Source of the DNA: Octopus sinensis
Taxonomy: Eukaryota
Reading direction: 5' to 3'
Length of the DNA stretch: 10,465 nucleotides
Assembly: GCF_006345805.1 (NCBI RefSeq)
Contig: NW_021827399.1
Coordinates: 1-10,465 of the forward strand
The translations under genes and the position numbers were made by a program. Shown here one piece after another: positions 1 through 6,400 of the stretch. Numbering within the stretch: the stretch's first letter is position 1; every line of letters starts with the position of its first letter. The notes under the pieces were generated by a model. It saw only the letters and a list, made by a program, of their open reading frames with translations. It did not search any database and had not been told where the DNA came from.

Positions 1-441
1 AGAGGCTGTATGGAATACTAGGATAAAAGGAATTAAGACAGGCAACTTTATCTCTGGTGACAATTTACGATCCTTTTTTTCTTTTCATATGAAAAGGAAA
101 CTGTGGCTGGAGAAGAGGTGTCTGTCAGAGTGTACGTTCCAAAAGAGATGGAAGTATGTTGCACGAGTGTTGTGCGTGCAAGGAACCGTGTGAATAGACG
201 AGGAAAAAAAAAAAAAAAGGAAAAATAAAAAGGTATCAGCGGTAGATCGGGGCTTGTGGGATCGGAGCGTAACTTGATCATCGCTTCATTTGTATTGTTT
301 TTGTACTGTGTATTCCATTCGATTTTTATGTATTGTATTTTATTTTTGATGTCACATTTATGTAAAATCATATCGATTCACTGATCCCATCAGTTGTACT
401 GTCCATATCTATGTTTGGCCCCCGGTGGGCAATAAAGAAAT
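1..441 (+). mobile_element. 3' end of a probable L1/Tx1-clade LINE (ORF2 C-terminus, T-rich 3' UTR, hairpin plus AATAAA terminus)
   Basis: An open frame runs from the window edge to TGA at 191-193. It is followed by an A-run (203-218), a T-rich UTR-like tract (281-360), a gccc-N5-gggc hairpin and AATAAA (431-436). The clade is inferred only from the C-terminal peptide pattern. Confidence 0.5.
2..193 (+). pseudogene. Partial C-terminus of L1/Tx1-like ORF2 (open at the window edge, not in the ORF track)
   Basis: My translation of frame +2 is EAVWNTRIKGIKTGNFISGDNLRSFFSFHMKRKLWLEKRCLSECTFQKRWKYVARVLCVQGTV*. The 'VW..R' and 'F..RW' motifs match the extreme C-terminus of L1/Tx1 ORF2 proteins, downstream of the zinc knuckle. 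Confidence 0.5.
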
Positions 442-442
442 T

Positions 443-807
443 GGTATTTCGTCTGCCGCTACGTTCTGAGTTCAAATTCCGTCGAGGTCGAATTTGCTCT
501 TCATCCTTTCGGGTCGATTAAATAAGTACCGTTTACGCACTGGGGTCGATATAATCGACTTAATCCGTTTGTCTGTCCTTGTTTGTCCTTTCTGTGTTTA
601 GCCCCTTGTGGGTAGTAAAGAAATAGGTATTTCGTCTGCCGTTACGTTCTGAGTTCAAATTCCGCCGAGGTCGTCTTTGCCTTCATCCTTTCGGGGTCGA
701 TTAAATAAGTACCAGTTTCGCACTGGGGTCGATATAATCGAGTTAATCCGTTTGTCTGTTCTTGTTTGTCCCCTCTATGTTTAGCCCCATATGGGCAATA
801 AAGAAAT
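443..807 (+). mobile_element. Two tandem 5'-truncated units (443-625, 626-807) of a tRNA-derived SINE, same family as 9926-10465
   Basis: Direct repeats of ~183 bp, each starting ggtatttcgtctgccg and ending a(a/g)taaagaaat. Each has a B-box-like gagttcaaattcc (468-480, 651-663) and the core cttcatcctttcg(g)ggtcgattaaataagtacc. They match the body of the head-bearing copy at 9926. Confidence 0.85.
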
Positions 808-2070
808 CTATATTGATGGAATATTTTCCACACAACACAAATGATGTAGCGTCCCCAGCAACGTTGGAGAGAGTAGAGATTGAGTTTTTTAGTCGAATCC
901 AATAATCAAGGCCTCTCATGCCATCTATCTTTCTTGTTACGGACCTTTGGAGTGCTTCTACTTTCACAATGAGTTGTTTCGTTTGGAGGTGGGGATCACA
1001 GTGGTCAACACTACTCAAGGTGAAGTCGGGCAAAAGTAGAGTAGAGAAGGATGATGGTGTAGGCATCTATAAACCGGAAAGTTCTCAGAATCCAGGAGCA
1101 CATCTTGCGGGCCAAATCAACCTTACTGTTTACGTGGTAATTCCAGCTTAGATTGTTATCAACAATCACTCCAAGATCTCTGGTATTGTTTGATGACACG
1201 AGGGAAGAGCATATGGTAATTTCAGAGTTTCCTCCTTCCCAAAGTGGATCAAATCAAACTTAGTTTTCATTTAAAAGCATATTGTTTTTTACCGCCCATT
1301 GGACAAAAACAAATGGATCTGACTGAAGGTATGTTCGGCCTTCCATGCCGTTTATGGCTTCCTGGAGTTTGGAATCACCTGGAAAGATTTTCAATGTAGA
1401 ATGTTTGATGACATCTACTATGTCGTCGATGTAGATAATGAAGAAGAGTGGGCCCAGCACAGTACCTTGTGGGACACCACTACTGACTTTAGCTGAGCTG
1501 GATCGTATGCCCTCAAACACAACATATTGGGTTTTGTTCGTCAGGAAACACTTTATCCACTGCAGCAGCTTTCCACGGACTCCAAAGTTGGACAGTTTTT
1601 TTCAGCAGGATTTTGTGGTCCACTCTGTCAAATGCCTTGCTGAAACCAAGGTATACGACGTCAGCGTTGGAGCCCTCTTCCAACGCTTTTAAGACGTCAT
1701 CAAAATACTGCAGAAGCTGCGACAGGCAGTCCCTGGCATTACGGAAACCATTCTGGTTGGGGTTCAGCAGATTTTTATCTTCGAGGCAGTGAGTTGTACG
1801 CGATCTCACCACCCTCTCGAACACATCAATGATATGAGAAGTGAGTGAAATCTGACGGTAGTTCACTGCAAGGGATTTGTTTCCCTTTTTTGAAGACTGG
1901 AACGACAGACTGGGAAAAGAAAAGGATCAGGAATGTAGCCAGCATCAAGTGAGTTTCTCCAGAGCTCAGCGAGAGGGGCTGCAATTTGATGTCGATGCAT
2001 CTTCAGGACAGTGACCGGGAACTTATGGGGAACTACTGCCAAATTGTGCTGCATCATATCTGTTTCTCTA
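808..2070 (-). mobile_element. Degenerate CR1/L2-group LINE fragment (RT and C-terminal region), truncated at both ends
   Basis: Collinear frameshifted peptides on the minus strand: [86 protein letters not shown] (degenerate F/YADD), RDLGVIVD, LYSLQR..RYII..WKI. It is cut by the SINE units at 807 and by microsatellite at ~2075. Confidence 0.93.
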
Positions 2071-2078
2071 TAAATAAT

Positions 2079-2116
2079 TATGTATGTATATGTATATATA
2101 TATAATATATATATGA

Positions 2117-2172
<56 letters not shown>

Positions 2173-2389
2173 TGTGTGTGTGTACACACATATATATACG
2201 TATGTATACATATATATATACGTATGTATATATATATATGTGTGTGTATACATATATATGTATACGTATGTATAATATATATATATATATATATACACAC
2301 ACACGTATAAATATGTGCATAGATACACTATATGTATATACACATGCATATATATAGTATGTATATATATAATATATATATATATATAT

Positions 2390-2423
<34 letters not shown>

Positions 2424-2477
2424 TAGATAGATAGATAGATAGATAGAAGAAGATAGATAGTAGATAGATAGATATGT

Positions 2478-2519
<42 letters not shown>

Positions 2520-2588
2520 ACATACATACGCTTATGAATGTATATATATATTTATATTTACAAACACATTCCTCGTATATATACACAT
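2079..2588. repeat. Compound microsatellite: (TA)n/(TG)n/(CA)n mosaic, (GA)n at ~2399-2421, (GATA)n at ~2422-2472
   Basis: Read directly from the sequence. Confidence 0.97.
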
Positions 2589-2849
2589 AAATAATTATTG
2601 ATCGAAAAGGAAGGAAACTTCTTCATTGCACTCAAAGACCTTCTTTCTTTGGCTTCAAGACGTTTCCCCAACGCCACCCTCCCCCACTTCTCGACAGAGA
2701 CATCGTCTCCTTTTCCCTCTTCTTTCCTTGAGAACTAAAAACAAAATGTGACTACAGAGGAACAAGAAGACATTCCTGGCAGAAGAGGATCCCAAGAGAA
2801 TCTTAAACCGTGTTTGGTAGCGTGTCGGTGGCAACGATGATGAATATCT

Positions 2850-2870
2850 CACGCACACACACATACACAC

Positions 2871-2925
<55 letters not shown>

Positions 2926-2946
2926 CTATCTATCTATCTATTTATC
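2850..2946. repeat. (CA)n followed by (TCTA)n microsatellite
   Basis: Read directly from the sequence. Confidence 0.97.
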
Positions 2947-2990
2947 ACCCAGTCTTACACTCCCCTTCTCATTCTCTCTCTTCCTCCCCT

Positions 2991-3068
2991 TGTATACATG
3001 TATACATACTTGAATGTATATATAATATGCATGTACGTGTATATATATATATATATATATATACATAT
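2991..3068. repeat. Impure (TA)n/(TG/CA) microsatellite
   Basis: Read directly from the sequence. Confidence 0.9.
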
Positions 3069-3069
3069 A

Positions 3070-3123
3070 GGCGCAGTGGCTATTGGTAAAAACCTTGCTT
3101 CTCAACCACAAGGTTCCGGTTTC
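3070..3123 (+). mobile_element. Isolated tRNA-like head of the CORE-like SINE family, truncated in the B box
   Basis: ggcgcagtggctattggtaaaaaccttgcttctcaaccacaaggttccggtttc aligns with the head of the minus-strand copy ending at 4213 (ggcgtaggagtggctgtgtggtaagtagcttgcttacaaaccacatagttccgggttc). Confidence 0.75.
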
Positions 3124-3153
<30 letters not shown>

Positions 3154-3157
<4 letters not shown>

Positions 3158-3204
3158 GACGTACAGGAAGTAAATAGGCACCTTTAATTTTCAAAATCTT
3201 TTAT
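3154..3204 (+). repeat. Tc1 terminal inverted repeat (3' TIR relative to the transposase)
   Basis: cacagacgtacaggaagtaaataggcacctttaattttcaaaat... is the reverse complement of 3682-3732. Confidence 0.88.
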
Positions 3205-3582
3205 TTGATATTAATTGGTTGAAGGTGAGGTTTTCTTCTAGCTGATCGTCCACAATACCCAAGTTTATGCAGATATATAACACACGTTCTTGGACTAACT
3301 TCTAACTGTTTTGCAATGTCAGAAGTCTTCGAACGGGATTCGTTTTCCACAATTCTCTTCAAACAGCGAAGATTCCTTTCCGAGAGCCCAGGTCGGCCGG
3401 TACGAGAATCTGTTGATTCTTTTCCTTGGCTTTTGAATTGCACTATAATTCTGTTAAACAGTAGCAAGAGGAATTTGAAGATTTTCGGCAATTTTTAGCT
3501 GGCTAAGACCAGCCTCACATTGCCCAACAATACGACTTCTTTGAAAATCTGACAGTTCTGCTGAATTTTTTGTGCGTGGTAT
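3201..3582 (-). pseudogene. Tc1 transposase N-terminal paired-like HTH DNA-binding region; DDE domain absent
   Basis: Reconstructed peptide: (ATA)[41 protein letters not shown] / +1 frameshift / NRIIVQFKSQGKESTDSRTGRPGLSERNLRCLKRIVENESRSKTSDIAKQLEVSPRTCVIYLHKLGYCGRSARRKPHLQPINIK*. It carries the GRP motif and the RRKP.L linker typical of Tc1. Confidence 0.9.
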
Positions 3583-3681
3583 GGTTACTCTTCGCAAATG
3601 TTTAATATAATGGCACCTGGAATGAAAAAGAATAATTACATTGTAAATTCTACACTGCTGAAAACATATTAAGACGCTTAG

Positions 3682-3732
3682 ATAAGAAATTTTGGAAATT
3701 AAAGGTGTCTATTCACTTCCTGCATGTCTGTG
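3682..3732 (-). repeat. Tc1 terminal inverted repeat (5' TIR relative to the transposase)
   Basis: Its reverse complement, cacagacatgcaggaagtgaatagacacctttaatttccaaaat..., matches 3154-3204. Confidence 0.88.
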
Positions 3733-3779
3733 AATATATATATATATATTATATATATATATATATATTATATATATAC
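3733..3779. repeat. (TA)n microsatellite
   Basis: Read directly from the sequence. Confidence 0.95.
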
Positions 3780-3780
3780 A

Positions 3781-4213
3781 CTCTTTCTCTTATTATTTTA
3801 CTTGTTTCAGTCATTTGACTGCGGCCATGCTGGAGCACCGCCTTTAGTCGAGCAAATCGACGACCCCGGAACTTATTCTTTTGTAAGCCCAGTACTTATT
3901 CTATCGGTTTCTTTGCCCAACCGCTAAGTGAGGCGACGGTAGTAAACACACCAGCATCGGTTGTCAAGCAATACTAGGGGGACAAACACAGACACACAGA
4001 CATACACACACACACCACACATTAATATATATATATATACATACATATATACGACGGGCTTCTTTCAGTTTCCATCTACCAAATCCGCTCACAAGGCTTT
4101 GGTCGGCCCGAGGCTATAGTAGAAGACATTACCCAAGGTGCCACGTAGTAGGACTGAACCCGGAACTATGTGGTTTGTAAGCAAGCTACTTACCACACAG
4201 CCACTCCTACGCC
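3781..4213 (-). mobile_element. Full-length tRNA-derived SINE with a CORE-like domain and internal microsatellite (octopus OR-type, tentative)
   Basis: On the minus strand: A-box-like tggctgtgtgg (4193-4203), B-box-like gggttcagtcc (4151-4161), gcaccttgggtaatgtcttctactatagcc resembling the CORE motif (gaccttgggcaagtc), an internal TA/TG tract (~3990-4051), and a 3' hairpin plus A-rich tail. The family name is from memory. Confidence 0.88.
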
Positions 4214-4307
4214 TATATATATATATTATATATTATATATATAGAATATATATAATAGATATATATTATATATTATATAATATTATATATATATTTATAT
4301 ATATATT

Positions 4308-4345
<38 letters not shown>

Positions 4346-4387
4346 TATATATTTATATATATATAATATTTATATATATATATATAT
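4214..4387. repeat. Impure (TA)n microsatellite, left flank of the LINE
   Basis: Read directly from the sequence. Confidence 0.96.
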
Positions 4388-4776
4388 CCACACTCTAATT
4401 ATATTAATATTGCTAATATATTTTTCAGATACTCTCTATCTTCTAATTAGCCTTAAGATTAAATTAAATAACGTTTAATATTATAACGTCTAATTAGCCT
4501 TAAGATAAGTAAATTAAATAACGGTTTATATTGCTAATTATTGTATATATAATTTTCAGATACTCTGTCTTCTAATTAGCCTTAAGATTAAATTAAATAA
4601 CGTTTAATATTACCACACTCTAATATAATATTTATATTGCTAAATATTTTCAGATACTCTATCTCCAAATTAGCCTTAAGATTAAATAACGTTTTTACCC
4701 AAATAACGTTTTTACACAAACTTTAATATTGTTAATATTTCTTTTTCAAGTACTCTATCTTCTAATTAGCCTTATT
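4388..4776 (+). repeat. AT-rich higher-order tandem repeat, putative LINE 5' UTR monomers
   Basis: Five copies of (ct/ca)aattagcctta (4443, 4490, 4572, 4666, 4762). Four copies of tattg(c/t)taa..ttttca(g/a)..tactct. ccacactctaat occurs at 4388 and 4613 (225 bp apart). Confidence 0.85.
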
Positions 4777-4835
4777 ATCTTCCGTCTTCTCTCGAACATA
4801 ATTAGATAGATAAACGGATAGACGGATTATCCAGC

Positions 4836-5729
4836 ATGTCCAGAGCATGGACGTGACGAGCTGGATTTATTTGTACGAGCATGGGAGTGCGCCGGCGGAG
4901 AGAGCCCTAGGGAGGTGATTGCGGCTGCGCTGAAGAGCAGAGGCTACAAGAGGACAGCGCTCAGATGGAGCGAAAGAGACAGGAATTCGTGCGCTCATAT
5001 GCGCTTGTACGGTCACACATTGGCGCACTTGATGCCATCTTTGAGAACGAGCGGAGCAAAGATGGCAGAATGGAGACGATGATGAAAGAAGTCACCCCCA
5101 CCTGGTGGACGCCCAGGAGGAGGTTTTGAATGAGAAACCTGCCCGGGAGTGAACCCAGTGCAAGTTCTCCAACCGGCAGCAAGGGCCATGGAGAAGGAGA
5201 ACCCGGTGAAGAGGTAGAGGGAGGAAGAGAAGAAGAACTAAAAGAAGGACTGGAAGAGCTAAAGGAAAAGAAAAGCTCAAGCAGGACCAAAGAGTGAAAC
5301 AACCAGAAATAGAAGTGGAACCGCAAAGGATGGAACCAAACAGCGCACACGGGTGTGTATGTTCTACCTGAGAGGTCCTGCTGGCATGGAAAGGAAGGTG
5401 CAGGCTGCCGCTTTGCACATCGGGGACCCTGCCACAGAGACACGAGGCAGATGGACAAACCATCAACACAAAGAAAAGGGATGGACACAGCACCACCTGC
5501 CCCAAAGCGGAGGTACGCAGATGTTGTGCGCGCCACAAACAGCCAACATGATGTCGAAAGAGCAGCTGCTGAGCAACAATCTTTTTTGTGCATGGCACAA
5601 AAGATTGTACAGCAGCTGACCTGGCTTCATCAAACCCAAGCCCGCAGGTGGGACTACCCACTATATACCAGACCACCACAGCAAACAGACACAGGATGGG
5701 ACACCGCCGGCAACAACGTACACCTCACC
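4836..5729 (+). pseudogene. N-terminal/ORF1-like region of the LINE: helical segment, acidic E-rich tract, CCCH-type zinc finger
   Basis: Frameshifted reading: MSRAW/RDELDLFVRAWECAGGESPREVIAAALKSRGYKRTA/QMERKRQEFVRSYALVRSHIGALDAIFENERS...EPGEEVEGGREEELKEGLEELKEK.../VCMFYLRG/SCWHGKEGAGCRFAH (C-x7-C-x8-C-x3-H after repairing a 1-nt loss at ~5376). The start codon position is inferred. Confidence 0.6.
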
Positions 5730-6400
5730 TCGATACTCCTACTGAACATCAGAGGACTGCAAACACTCAGTAACAGGACAAAGATCCCGTTCCTGAGAGA
5801 CTTTGTTGCATGCAATCAAGCCTTATGCATAGCACTTACAGAAACGCACTGAAACCAGACATAGCAGATGCGGAGTTACACATACCACAGTATGCTGTAC
5901 TACGGACCGACAGGAAAGAAAGGAGTCATGGAGGGGTGCTATGTACATCCGCGAGGACCTCACACCCCAGGTCCTCTTGTCATACTCAAACTCGGTGTGT
6001 GACACACTAATTGTACATATCAGGCAACTTGATGTAGTTGTGTGTGCTACATATCGCCCTCCAGATGCCCCAAGCCATGTGGGCAAGTTTGAAGACTGCC
6101 TTATAAAAATAGAAGAAATTCTAACCACATTAGAACAACACATAGGTGTGCTTCTTATGGGAGACTTCAATCTGCCCAATGTCAGATGGCCCGAGGGCCT
6201 TTCTCTCCCAGGAATGATAAGATGTGAACGAGGACAGGCGAGGTCCCTCCTGAACCTCATCAACACCCTGTACGTGGAGCAGGTAATACTCTAACCAACC
6301 AGGGCAGGAAACACACTGGATCTCTGCTCACAAATGACATGGATCTCATCCATAATGTGAAAGTGACACCGACACTACTCTCGGATCACAACATGATAGA
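5730..6400 (+). pseudogene. Apurinic/apyrimidinic-type (APE) endonuclease domain of the LINE
   Basis: Motifs in order: LLLNIRGL, IALTETH(L), RTDR..GGV, YRPP, LMGDFNLP..W, PTR..NTLDL, SDHN. Interrupted by frameshifts at ~5849, ~5940 and ~6327 and by TAA at 6292-6294. Confidence 0.93.

Larger units (their letters stand above)
3154..3732 (-). mobile_element. Internally deleted Tc1-family DNA transposon (579 bp) with both TIRs
   Basis: Inverted repeats at 3154-3204 and 3682-3732 (39 of the first 44 bp identical, all 5 mismatches transitions). They enclose a transposase N-terminus and are flanked by TA-rich tracts, consistent with Tc1/mariner TA targets. Confidence 0.9.

Noticed and set aside
48-371. 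Minus-strand 107-aa ORF
   Set aside because: Low-complexity antisense reading of a T/A-rich UTR; the plus-strand frame 2-193 has the recognisable motifs.
443-807. Possible CRISPR-like array (also considered for 4388-4776 and 10060-10412)
   Set aside because: The repeats are contiguous long units with no unique spacers, there are no cas genes, and the context is eukaryotic.
918-1692. Plus-strand ORFs 918-1151 and 1438-1692
   Set aside because: Antisense shadows of the minus-strand RT fragment.
1863-3156. ORFs rich in YI/IY/CV/HT (1863-2300, 2068-2349, 2078-2527, 2080-2310, 2169-2357, 2389-2586, 2655-2921, 2810-3013, 2938-3156)
   Set aside because: They are translations of microsatellites, which lack stop codons in several frames. 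Only the last ~60 aa of 1863-2300 are real LINE-derived sequence.
4140-4213. tRNA genes at the SINE heads (also 3070-3123, 9640-9697, 9926-10020)
   Set aside because: A and B boxes are present but there is no complete cloverleaf or acceptor stem, and each continues into a SINE body.
3724-4398. ORFs 3724-3927 and 4138-4398
   Set aside because: Antisense SINE sequence plus (TA)n; no protein features.
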